Virus record (IMG/VR): IMGVR_UViG_3300045988_162372
Direction: 5' to 3' (one strand)
Source: a virus
Length of the DNA stretch: 64,000 bases
Notes under the pieces: generated by a model
Database searches by the model: none
Told to the model about the DNA's origin: nothing
Seen by the model: the letters and a program-made list of their open reading frames with translations, nothing else
Part shown: one piece after another, positions 18,667 through 27,459 of the stretch
Layout: every line of letters begins with the position of its first letter
How positions within the stretch are numbered: position 1 is the first letter of the stretch
Position numbers and translations under genes: made by a program

Positions 18667-19116
18667 ATGAAATATCATTTACTAAAAATCAAATCAATTA
18701 CAGATGTGATAACTAACTCATCTACAGAAGTATTTTTGTTGAAAAATACAAATGCATTCAAAGAGTTGAATGACTCATTGCGTTCGCTAAAAGCTGATTA
18801 TATCTTTAATACCGAAGAGGTATTAAAAGAATATCTTTCCGATTGTTATGAAGGTAATTCGTATAAATATGAATATTTATCAAACTTCTTGGATTCTAAT
18901 CCGTTGGCTAATTATGACTTTATCTATATGGTCAAAGATAATCTTAAGAAATCTTTTGATGAAACATGGGAATTTGTCAAATCGTGCTATCTGCCTTTGA
19001 TCGGCTATGCGGTCATTACTACTGAAGACGATTGCCTTTCTGATATGCAGTCGTTGGAATTGGATAAGATATGTGAGTTCAAATCAAAACACGGCGGATT
19101 TTTTGACCGCTACTAA
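18667..19116 (+). CDS. ITNSS-motif paralog family protein (member 5 of 5)
   Basis: IKSITDVITNSSTEVFLL at the N-terminus. Confidence 0.7.
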   Translation: MKYHLLKIKSITDVITNSSTEVFLLKNTNAFKELNDSLRSLKADYIFNTEEVLKEYLSDCYEGNSYKYEYLSNFLDSNPLANYDFIYMVKDNLKKSFDETWEFVKSCYLPLIGYAVITTEDDCLSDMQSLELDKICEFKSKHGGFFDRY

Positions 19117-19129
19117 AAATAAGGGAAAA

Positions 19130-19678
19130 ATGAGGATATATGTCGTTTTGAAATTCCCTTCTCTGCTGACAGATGATAACATCTTTCTGAGTGAAGAGGA
19201 CGCTTATAAATGCGCATCACAGTTGGGAAGGGAATACAAAGTTCACTCTTATCTCGTGAATGAAAGTTATGAAGCGAATGAGAAATTCCTTTGGCGAGTT
19301 TCCATATATAATGATGGAAATAATAAAGTAGATAAAGTGATTGGAAAACCAGAGAAAGAATTGGTGCGCTACTTCGATACTGATAATGAGAGCTATATGT
19401 TCCTAATTCCATCATATACCTATGATGAAGCTTTGAACAAAGCATTGGCTTATTATAAGGATATCGAAAGTAAACCCGAAAAATACAACTTCCTTAAAGA
19501 AAAATTAATATCCAAGAAAACGGATTTCTATCATAAAGGATTGCCATATAAATGCCCTACCTACGAACTTGGGACAAATAACATTCTTCTTAGAAAAGAC
19601 GAATATATTAACTACGCAGTCTTGACAAAAGAACAGTCAAACATTGTTTCTAAATTTAACATCATTTATCTCGGATAA
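19130..19678 (+). CDS. Hypothetical protein
   Basis: An internal ATG (MRIYVVLKF) lies just after the upstream stop. The track ORF from 19007 overlaps the preceding gene. Confidence 0.55.
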   Translation: MRIYVVLKFPSLLTDDNIFLSEEDAYKCASQLGREYKVHSYLVNESYEANEKFLWRVSIYNDGNNKVDKVIGKPEKELVRYFDTDNESYMFLIPSYTYDEALNKALAYYKDIESKPEKYNFLKEKLISKKTDFYHKGLPYKCPTYELGTNNILLRKDEYINYAVLTKEQSNIVSKFNIIYLG

Positions 19679-19702
19679 TTTTTATTTTTCAAATCTTTGT
19701 TA

Positions 19703-19710
19703 TATCTTTG
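19703..19710 (+). promoter_or_regulatory. -7 box TAtcTTTG
   Basis: TATCTTTG lies 31 nt upstream of the ATG at 19741; no clean -33 TTTG found. Confidence 0.5.
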
Positions 19711-19740
19711 CAATGTGAAACTTAAAAAACAGAGTATCAA

Positions 19741-20202
19741 ATGAAACAGGAAATCACAGAAAAACAGGAGGCTTACCTTTGTGTGTGCTTTCTATTAAAA
19801 AAACTTGGATACAAAGAGGGTTCAAGGGCTTCAGTTGTAATATTTGATGACGATTATATATATGATGAAGATCCTGACCATCCTGAAAGTCATAAAAAGG
19901 GTGAGATGCGTTTCTATGACCACTATTATAAAAACAGTGATGAGGATACCAATCGTTGTGAGATGCCCACATTGGAAGAGATTAATATGTGGTTGTTGAA
20001 ACAGAAGGGCTATTATGTAGGAATTAATATCAATGATGGTAAACACTTTGATTACACTGTTTACGAAAAACAGAAAGGATGTACTATCAGCCTATTTGAA
20101 TGGGTAGGAATTATTCACGGCATTAGTGAAAGCCTTAATCCAGAAGAATCATATATTAAAGGTTTTAGAAGTATATTGACAAAACTAAAAACATCGAAAT
20201 AA
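19741..20202 (+). CDS. Hypothetical protein
   Basis: 153-aa ATG ORF. Confidence 0.6.
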   Translation: MKQEITEKQEAYLCVCFLLKKLGYKEGSRASVVIFDDDYIYDEDPDHPESHKKGEMRFYDHYYKNSDEDTNRCEMPTLEEINMWLLKQKGYYVGININDGKHFDYTVYEKQKGCTISLFEWVGIIHGISESLNPEESYIKGFRSILTKLKTSK

Positions 20203-20205
20203 ATT

Positions 20206-21189
20206 ATGGCAAAGAAAATCAGCAAGGACAAATGGGTAGGTCTAAAAATGAGAAACCTCCCCGATTATAATTACAGTGCGATTTGGAGCAATCTGGTTAC
20301 AATCCGTCTTGACAAAGGCGAGGTAATGGAACTTCCACCTGACCAGAGCGAATTCTATGATGTCTCTCTTGGTAACAAATGTACCACTGGAAAATGTAAT
20401 TTTTGTTATGTGGCAGCAAATCCAAATGGAAAATACTATGAGGATATTTGCGAAACTTGGAAAAAGTGGATGTCATTGTATCCAGATAAGTATGATGATA
20501 AAGGTAATTTACTAACTATCAAACCTTTACAAATAGCAATAGGAAGTGAGGGAGAGCCTTTGGAACATCCAAATATATGTGATTTCCTCAAAACGGTATA
20601 CGAAACGGATGTTGTTCCTAACTACACAACTAATGGTGTGATTCTTTCATATTGGGATAAGCCTGAAAGCAAGTATTATCAAAAAGCAAATGATATCCTT
20701 GCTGTAACATCTCTTTATGTTGGCGGTGTTGCGGTCAGCTTTGGAAACAAGGCACTTCGTCAATATGCAAAGAACGCTATTGAAGGATTGCTTGCAAAAG
20801 GTAATTGTCATGTTATGATACATCATATCATTTCGACAATGGAAAGTGTGGATGAATTTGTTGAATGTTGGAAAGAATATGGCGACAAGATTAAAAATCA
20901 TGTATTGCTTCCATTGATGCCTTCTGGTAGAAGCAAAAAAGGTATTGATGACGGCGTGTTTGAATATCTTGAGAAGGTTGTAAAGGAGAATAATATAGGT
21001 AATGTTGCCTTTGGTGCGCACTTTATCAAGTATCTTGAAAAATCAGACAAGATTAAGACATGGCTTTATCCTGCTGAGAGTTATTCAAAAAACGTAATCC
21101 TTACAAAAGACTGTGTACAGATTACACCAAGTTCATTTGATTTGAAACCTATCAAAAAGATTGATTTAAGTAATATTAATTTAAAATAA
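20206..21189 (+). CDS. Radical-SAM-like protein (non-canonical Cys cluster)
   Basis: GNKCTTGKCNFCYV is CX4CX2C rather than CX3CX2C. It is followed by IAIGSEGEPLEHP, which resembles the GGE SAM-binding motif. Confidence 0.45.
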   Translation: MAKKISKDKWVGLKMRNLPDYNYSAIWSNLVTIRLDKGEVMELPPDQSEFYDVSLGNKCTTGKCNFCYVAANPNGKYYEDICETWKKWMSLYPDKYDDKGNLLTIKPLQIAIGSEGEPLEHPNICDFLKTVYETDVVPNYTTNGVILSYWDKPESKYYQKANDILAVTSLYVGGVAVSFGNKALRQYAKNAIEGLLAKGNCHVMIHHIISTMESVDEFVECWKEYGDKIKNHVLLPLMPSGRSKKGIDDGVFEYLEKVVKENNIGNVAFGAHFIKYLEKSDKIKTWLYPAESYSKNVILTKDCVQITPSSFDLKPIKKIDLSNINLK

Positions 21190-21190
21190 A

Positions 21191-21445
21191 ATGATAAATA
21201 TTAAACGATTTTTATGTCATCATAAATATGATTATATTATATGCGAAGATGTCATTGCTAATATTGAAAATGACAATGATGATTTAGAAGATGAATCACT
21301 TTATATGGCAATTGTATATTGTCCGAAATGTGGAAAAATATTTCTAAAAACAAGGATTTTCAATAATATGTTATCTGGCATTGACAAAATAAGAGAATTT
21401 CAAAGAATTACTAAGAAAAGTATTAAAAAAATAACAGTTAAGTAA
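21191..21445 (+). CDS. Hypothetical protein, possible zinc ribbon
   Basis: CHHK...CPKCGK pattern. Confidence 0.45.
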   Translation: MINIKRFLCHHKYDYIICEDVIANIENDNDDLEDESLYMAIVYCPKCGKIFLKTRIFNNMLSGIDKIREFQRITKKSIKKITVK

Positions 21446-21448
21446 AAT

Positions 21449-21961
21449 ATGACACAAATTATTAAAAATACAGAGCTAATCACCTCATTAATTAAACAAG
21501 TAATCGAACACGAAGGTACTGGTGATAAGATATATAATTATTATGCTAATGTTTGCCGCTTAGTACCAGATAAAGTAATAATGGTAGATGACTTTACCGA
21601 ATTATTATATCCTATTTATTATCAAAAAGTTGCTGATGATTTGAATTTGCATAATAAAAAATGTTTCATCAGCATCCCTATTACAGGTGTTGAAGAACAA
21701 GCAAGAGAAGAATGTAAAAAGGTGCAAAAACTATTCTCTGAATATTTGACAGATTGTGAAGTATTCTCACCATTTGAAGTTGCTCCTGAAAAGAATATGC
21801 CTGATTCCTATTATATGGGTAAAGATATTGAACAACTTATGAATTGTAATATTATGATACAAATGAACGGATGGGAAAATAGTAAAGGATGTAGAGTAGA
21901 GAATTTCGTTGCAGATACTTATAACATTGAAAAGATTCCTGTTGATAGTTTGTTTATTTAA
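21449..21961 (+). CDS. DUF4406 / nucleoside 2-deoxyribosyltransferase-like protein
   Basis: CFISIPITG...FSPFE...MNGWENSKGCRVE fits the pattern of that fold. Confidence 0.5.
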   Translation: MTQIIKNTELITSLIKQVIEHEGTGDKIYNYYANVCRLVPDKVIMVDDFTELLYPIYYQKVADDLNLHNKKCFISIPITGVEEQAREECKKVQKLFSEYLTDCEVFSPFEVAPEKNMPDSYYMGKDIEQLMNCNIMIQMNGWENSKGCRVENFVADTYNIEKIPVDSLFI

Positions 21962-21990
21962 TCTAATAAGAAAATTATATTTCTACATTT

Positions 21991-22029
21991 AAAAAACAGA
22001 TACTTAAATCAGTATCTGTTTTTTTTTTT
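21991..22029 (+). terminator. Rho-independent terminator (A-run / hairpin / T11)
   Basis: AAAAAACAGATACT-TAAATC-AGTATCTG followed by 11 T. Confidence 0.85.
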
Positions 22030-22072
22030 AATATTTATATGAAGAAATAATATTTTTATAATTCTTTAAAAT

Positions 22073-23057
22073 ATGTGTTTAATTACTTCACAATTTAAAG
22101 CATATACACCTACAAGCGAGATAACGGCATATAAACTTGTCAAGAAAGCGACTAACAAGGAAAATATCTATTATTCTCCATTTCAAGGAGCTGTATATGA
22201 TTTTAATTCAAAAACTTCTCCCATACAATTATCAACTGGTAAAAAGAAAGAAACTGCTTCGACAAATCATGGTAATAAGAATTCATGGGGGGGGGTGGCT
22301 TCATGCTTTGCTTAATCCAAGCGAATACCCTTTATATCAAGACAAATATGTTATTCTAAGAGTAACAATACCCACATACCATGAAGATAATGATGGAAAT
22401 AGAATTGACACTGTTGTTTATATTTCAGACAATATGAATGAAATATGTACTAATAATATGAACATCTATAATGAAGTAATAGATATAAATTCTGCAAAGG
22501 TTAATTTATCAAGTGTTCCAATAAATTTTGAATTACCAGAAGGCATTAACATATCTTATAGTGGCAACAATATTAATCTTACTGTCAATTCACATAGCTA
22601 TACATTAGTAACAAGTTCTCCTAATTTTAATTCTTCTGTACAATGGGCAAAAGTTAAACCTGCTTCTGACATTATATCTGAATTTACTGATTTGCCTCAA
22701 TCCTACAAAGCAGCTAAACAATACTTCAATGGTAAAAATGATACCTCTATCATTAAACAGCTAGAAACAGAATACGAAAGGAAAAATAATAACAATATAT
22801 GTTATGAAGCAATAACAAAACTACAAGATGGGGAATATTTGCCTTCAATTGGCGAATTAAATGAGATAATTCAATATCAACATTACATTAACTACGAATT
22901 AAAACGTAATAACTCTGATAAACTTATCCAAAATGCTACATATTTTAGTAGCACACCATATTCGATTAATAATGTGTGGACTGTTAATGCAGAATATCTG
23001 ACGATATATAATTACTATTCAAGACAGAACAAATGTCTATTCTTACCTGTTAGATAA
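22073..23057 (+). CDS. DUF1566-like (lectin-fold) protein, frame broken at a G9 tract
   Basis: The N-terminal frame (22073..22315) and C-terminal frame (to 23057) are joined by removing one G from 22287-22295. The C-terminus has YLPSIGELNEI...TYFSSTPYSINNVWTV...LFLPVR, which resembles DUF1566. Confidence 0.6.
22287..22295 (+). repeat. Homopolymer G9 inside a coding sequence
   Basis: Counted directly: attcatGGGGGGGGGtgg. Confidence 0.95.
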
Positions 23058-23064
23058 TAATATA

Positions 23065-23096
23065 AATCCTACCAACATTTTGTAATTGGTAGGATT
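23065..23096. terminator. Bidirectional terminator at the convergence of the + and - gene blocks
   Basis: AATCCTACCAA (23065-23075) pairs with TTGGTAGGATT (23086-23096) as an 11-bp stem, with A/T-rich flanks on both sides. Confidence 0.75.
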
Positions 23097-23105
23097 ATTT
23101 CTTTT

Positions 23106-23996
23106 CTAAGAATTCCAAATGTCAAATGCTTGTATTATTTGTTCCTTGATATAAGGAAGTTTTATCTTTTCATATTCCCCATTATCTTTTAACCATATAA
23201 TACGCCTATCTATAACATCATAGCCCAAATTTTCAAGCATCATCGAATACAAACTAAGCTGAATGGTATAATGAGAGAGAGCTTCATCTATCATATCATC
23301 AAATGGTTGTAACATTGTAATGTTATTGTTACGATTGTAACTCTTTGATAATGAGGTATTTGTTTTAAAATCGGTCAAAATTATACTCCATTTATCTTTA
23401 TATTTATATGCTAATGTAGTATCTGCCGTACCACAGAATACTTCTCTAATACCAAATTTATTTCCTAATGGCATATACATCTTACATTCGGGAAGCAATG
23501 GATATATCTCTGGTATATTTAACAAATCTTGCCAATATTTCTGTATCGCATCTTGCTTTGGCCCATACGGTATCAAATAACCATCTTCGTATTGAGGCTT
23601 GATTACATCACATATTTCCTCCTCTTTTAAGTTTGTTATAAACCTTTGTAAGTTCTCCCCATAAAGATGTACACTTGATCCGTTGTTTGTTGCCTTAATA
23701 TTATTCTCGTGCCACATCCTTTGTACCTGTTCTTTTGTTGAATCATATTTAAGGGCATACCTCAATGCAATCTCATCCCAATCACTTTCAGGTTCATATC
23801 TTGCAATAATAGTAGATGCTGATGGTATCTTTTCAATAACAGTACCATCAGCGTTATGCAAATTGTATATATGTCCTTCTTCAATAAATTCCAGATTAGC
23901 AAAAGATGAAAGGATATGCTCTCTCATCTTTGTTACCTCTATTGGTTCTGGATTTTCCTTTAACCTTTTTTCTATATCACTTTTATGTATTAACAT
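23106..23996 (-). CDS. PD-(D/E)XK nuclease (RecB/Cas4-like exonuclease)
   Basis: GTAD...ILTDFKT...YTIQLSLY matches D...(D/E)xK...QxxxY; ends with TAG. Confidence 0.6.
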   Translation of the reverse strand: MLIHKSDIEKRLKENPEPIEVTKMREHILSSFANLEFIEEGHIYNLHNADGTVIEKIPSASTIIARYEPESDWDEIALRYALKYDSTKEQVQRMWHENNIKATNNGSSVHLYGENLQRFITNLKEEEICDVIKPQYEDGYLIPYGPKQDAIQKYWQDLLNIPEIYPLLPECKMYMPLGNKFGIREVFCGTADTTLAYKYKDKWSIILTDFKTNTSLSKSYNRNNNITMLQPFDDMIDEALSHYTIQLSLYSMMLENLGYDVIDRRIIWLKDNGEYEKIKLPYIKEQIIQAFDIWNS

Positions 23997-25563
23997 ATTT
24001 CTTTTTCAAATTAAAGTATTTATTCTTATCAAAATATGGCAGATATTCTTCATAGAAATCTTTACTTTTTGTAAACTGCCAATAAGGTTCAATGTCTTCT
24101 TCCTCATTATTGCTATTGTCTTTTGAAAATAACCAGGCAACAACAAAATTGTCTTTGGGAAGATTATTATCTATCGAAATTCCAATGTAACCACTCGGTG
24201 TTTGTCCTTGTATTCTGCAAGGCTTTTGCAAATCAATCTCTATTTTGATACAGTTCTCGTCATCATCACAAATAGTCATATGTTTACCAATCTGTTTTAC
24301 AGAAACAACACGAAATGGCAACGCTCCATTAGCTTTAAATGATGCGCAGTCATCATATTCAATAATATCATTTTTAGTGAGGATTTTCAATGTAGAAAGA
24401 AAATCATTAACAGCAATTATATGACCATACGGATCTATGATAGTATCATCACTATAACTGTATGTATTAAATCCGTTTACTTTAATTACGACACTATCAA
24501 TTGTTAAACCGTCATAACAGGTTGTAGTTATTTCGGAATTGGTTGTATATATGTCTGAAGCATCTCCACCAGTGAAAACAAAGAAATCGTGGGAATATAA
24601 TTCGTATAAGGCTTTCTGTAAATCATTCTTATCTTGTTTCTTCTCGCCATCTGTGCTATATGCTTTGTGATTTGTTTCCAATTGTTTCCAATCCATATTT
24701 GCAGGGAACAATTGTAATCCTGGTACATATTTTATACCAAGTTCCTTACAATCAGCCTTTGTAAGAGAGAATATTGTTGTATTATCTCCACCTATTTGTT
24801 TTACGATGACAGCATCTATCTCGATGTTATTCAGTTTGTCAATTTTCCCAACAACGACATAAGTCCTTTCAATGTTCTGAAAATCTTCTTCCCCTTGCAA
24901 TACAAGGGCATACTTATCCCCTCTATTGAATGATAATTGCGGAAGATAGTCTTGTTTCTTCGATGGTAACGACTTTATATTATTTTCATTTCCATCAATT
25001 TCTGCCATTAAAAAACTCTCATCATTAATAATGATGTCAGTTCTTTTGATAGAACACTTTTGTCTATTAATATATTTGTATGTCTGTACCTTTATTTCCA
25101 TACCATTACTATCAAAACCTAATATTTGATATGGCAACACTTCTCCTTTATAAAAGGAGGCATATCCATGTCCGTAATCAATATTATGGTGCGCTTTTAT
25201 TTTTAGGCAATGATATAAATCAAATAAAGGCATTAATTTACCGTTTGGTAGACATACAGTCTTTTCATCTATCTTTCTGATACCTTTGACCACGCCGAAA
25301 ATAAAACTTAGAGTACCATCAGAATTTCTATTGTGCATTGTACGACCGTGATCTATTTCCACTGTAATCTCGGAATATGGCGTATATATGTAATTTGTCA
25401 AATCTATCATTTGTGACGGATTAGAAGCGTTAAAATCAGCTATTGAATCTACTGGTATAGTTATTTTTGTATCATCCATATAACTGATTTCCACTGTTTG
25501 TTCAACCTCATTATAAGATGTGCTTTTTATCAATCTATCTATTTCATTAGAAATTGAGGGCAT
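23983..25563 (-). CDS. Hypothetical protein (526 aa)
   Basis: Long ATG ORF overlapping the downstream gene by 14 nt. Confidence 0.7.
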   Translation of the reverse strand: MPSISNEIDRLIKSTSYNEVEQTVEISYMDDTKITIPVDSIADFNASNPSQMIDLTNYIYTPYSEITVEIDHGRTMHNRNSDGTLSFIFGVVKGIRKIDEKTVCLPNGKLMPLFDLYHCLKIKAHHNIDYGHGYASFYKGEVLPYQILGFDSNGMEIKVQTYKYINRQKCSIKRTDIIINDESFLMAEIDGNENNIKSLPSKKQDYLPQLSFNRGDKYALVLQGEEDFQNIERTYVVVGKIDKLNNIEIDAVIVKQIGGDNTTIFSLTKADCKELGIKYVPGLQLFPANMDWKQLETNHKAYSTDGEKKQDKNDLQKALYELYSHDFFVFTGGDASDIYTTNSEITTTCYDGLTIDSVVIKVNGFNTYSYSDDTIIDPYGHIIAVNDFLSTLKILTKNDIIEYDDCASFKANGALPFRVVSVKQIGKHMTICDDDENCIKIEIDLQKPCRIQGQTPSGYIGISIDNNLPKDNFVVAWLFSKDNSNNEEEDIEPYWQFTKSKDFYEEYLPYFDKNKYFNLKKKYVNT

Positions 25564-25589
25564 TTCTCATATATGTTATACTATTTATT

Positions 25590-26714
25590 TTATTTCACCA
25601 TTGCCGTCATTGCCGACTCAAGCTCTTTTTCAACCTTAATGATTTCTTCTTCCGTTGCTTTCCTATTTTTGGTTGCTTCCTCATGGATTGCTTGTACTTC
25701 TTTCAGCGTTTCGATGAGTCTTGCAGTAGTGGTACGCAGGGTTTCCACATCAACGACACTTCTTTCACTTTCTTTAGCAACATATATACTGTTTTGTTTC
25801 AAAAGTTCAGAATTCTTCAAAAGAATTTGATTAGTAGTATCACTGATTTTCTTCTGTGCATCAATGTTATTCTTCTGATTGTTCAACGCAACAGCAATTG
25901 ATAGCTGGTTTCTCCACACTGGAATTGTTGTGGAAATAATGCTTTGAGCTTTGTCTGCAACTGAAAGATTGTTATACTGTACAGTTCTAATCTGTGGAAG
26001 TGATTGTTTGATGACATATCTAAGTGTAAACATATCATTCAAACGCCTTTCAAGATTATTCTTGAACACTTGTGTATCTTGTATCTCAGTGGCAGTATAT
26101 TTGTCAGGATTCTGTTCCATATCTTGAATGGAACTTTCTAATTCTTCTACCTTTATCTTTCCTGCGATGATAAGTTCCTCAATCTGTTGACCATATAGAA
26201 TATTATTATCGAACATAACCTGCAAGGCATTATTATCACGTAAAGCAAGCATTCGCATTGCAGTAATCTTCTTGGATATTTCATCCACGTTCTGTGCAAT
26301 GCTGTCATATTTCTTCATTATCTTTTCAACTGATTTTACTAAATTCTTCAAAATAGGTATTCTACTGAGGAATTTCTTGATAGGTGATATATCCTCAAAA
26401 TCATCAAGCTCAACATAGCCAAGTTCAGTAAGTAAGTTGTCCACCAATGTGCCGATTTCTCCACACTTTGATGTCCTTACAGCATTCAAGAAATCATTGG
26501 AATACTTCGTCATAGAAGTCTGCAAATCAGAGCCAAAACTTGATACCGAGTTAATGTCTTTGACGACAAGACAAGAATTCAATCTGTTATATTTAGCTTT
26601 TTCCTCTTCTGTTAAGTTTGCAAGATTAATCTCTCCGTTCTCGCTTACTCTTTTTACCAATGCATTAGTAACTATTTTCTCTTTGTTTTCGATATTGTTG
26701 TTGTTATTTTCCAT
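25590..26714 (-). CDS. telA: TelA/YaaN-like toxic-anion-resistance family protein
   Basis: LTEEEKAKYNRL...VSSFGSDLQTSMTKYSNDFLNAVRTSKCGEIGTLVDNL parallels the TelA N-terminal region; 374 aa is the typical length. Confidence 0.7.
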   Translation of the reverse strand: MENNNNNIENKEKIVTNALVKRVSENGEINLANLTEEEKAKYNRLNSCLVVKDINSVSSFGSDLQTSMTKYSNDFLNAVRTSKCGEIGTLVDNLLTELGYVELDDFEDISPIKKFLSRIPILKNLVKSVEKIMKKYDSIAQNVDEISKKITAMRMLALRDNNALQVMFDNNILYGQQIEELIIAGKIKVEELESSIQDMEQNPDKYTATEIQDTQVFKNNLERRLNDMFTLRYVIKQSLPQIRTVQYNNLSVADKAQSIISTTIPVWRNQLSIAVALNNQKNNIDAQKKISDTTNQILLKNSELLKQNSIYVAKESERSVVDVETLRTTTARLIETLKEVQAIHEEATKNRKATEEEIIKVEKELESAMTAMVK

Positions 26715-26828
26715 ATTTATTCTAATTATGTTGTTAAATTAATAATAGGTAGGTATCTAATTGTTGCCAATCAAACACCTACCATTGTCAAAAGATAAGA
26801 GAGATACATCGTTTGTTCTCAAATTGGT

Positions 26829-27347
26829 TTAGAATGGCAAATCATCATCGCTATCACCATTAACCAAAGGAATCTTCAAGCCTGAATTATCGACAACAGC
26901 TTGTTGCTCAGGTGTCAACATCTTAGTCTGTGTTTTTGGAATTTCCACTTCACTTGTTTGCTTTGAAGCGGATACTGGTGCTGCTTGTGATGTTTGATTT
27001 CCGTTTCCATCATTATTCCTATTGCTTGACTCTGAGAAATAAATCATTTCTGCACGGATATTTCTTCCAACCTCACAATTACCAGTGATTTTATTAGGAT
27101 AAACATTATCTGAATATTCCCCGATCACATTAATAGGTCTTCCCTTAGTCAGATACTTCTGAATGTTCATACCTTGTGTTGTAAAACAAGTTACTGAAAA
27201 CCAATAAGTGATAGGATTTCCTTGTTCATCCTTTGCATCACCAAACTCGTTATTTGCCATACGGAAGTGAATGTATTCCCTTCCCGATTGTGTAGTTTTC
27301 TTAACAGCGTCAGAAACAACTCTTCCGCTGAGTGTCATAATTCTCAT
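26829..27347 (-). CDS. ssb: Single-stranded DNA-binding protein
   Basis: OB-fold-like N-terminus (LSGRVVSDAV...WFSVTCF), a low-complexity linker, and the canonical acidic tail DSDDDLPF. Confidence 0.85.
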   Translation of the reverse strand: MRIMTLSGRVVSDAVKKTTQSGREYIHFRMANNEFGDAKDEQGNPITYWFSVTCFTTQGMNIQKYLTKGRPINVIGEYSDNVYPNKITGNCEVGRNIRAEMIYFSESSNRNNDGNGNQTSQAAPVSASKQTSEVEIPKTQTKMLTPEQQAVVDNSGLKIPLVNGDSDDDLPF

Positions 27348-27405
27348 TTCTTTTTATTCTTTTTAAATTGTTCAACAATATGTTTTCCTTTATGTTTTCT
27401 CGATG

Positions 27406-27413
27406 CAAATATA
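27406..27413 (-). promoter_or_regulatory. -7 box TAtaTTTG (minus strand)
   Basis: The + strand CAAATATA lies about 60 nt upstream of the ssb ATG. Confidence 0.45.
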
Positions 27414-27459
27414 CTACTTTTTCTCGAAATATAAAACTGTTTAATGGTTTTTAACATTG

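Noticed and set aside
368-21021. Many antisense ORFs of 60-156 aa in the + block, for example 368..619, 4050..4319, 5797..6243, 12567..12908, 15412..15840, 16252..16722 and 20647..21021.
   Set aside because: Each lies wholly inside a longer sense ORF with recognisable motifs or tight operon packing. Their products are low-complexity and F/I/L-rich, as expected from the reverse complement of AT-rich coding sequence.
1323-23108. Genome-wide TAG reassignment (code-15-like), suggested by the in-frame TAG at 1323.
   Set aside because: TAG appears to act as a normal terminator for 10546..10983 (read-through hits TGA after 11 codons, in a different frame from the next gene). The same holds for 23106..23996, where read-through would run into the terminator hairpin. 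Long ORFs of up to 880 aa are intact under the standard code.
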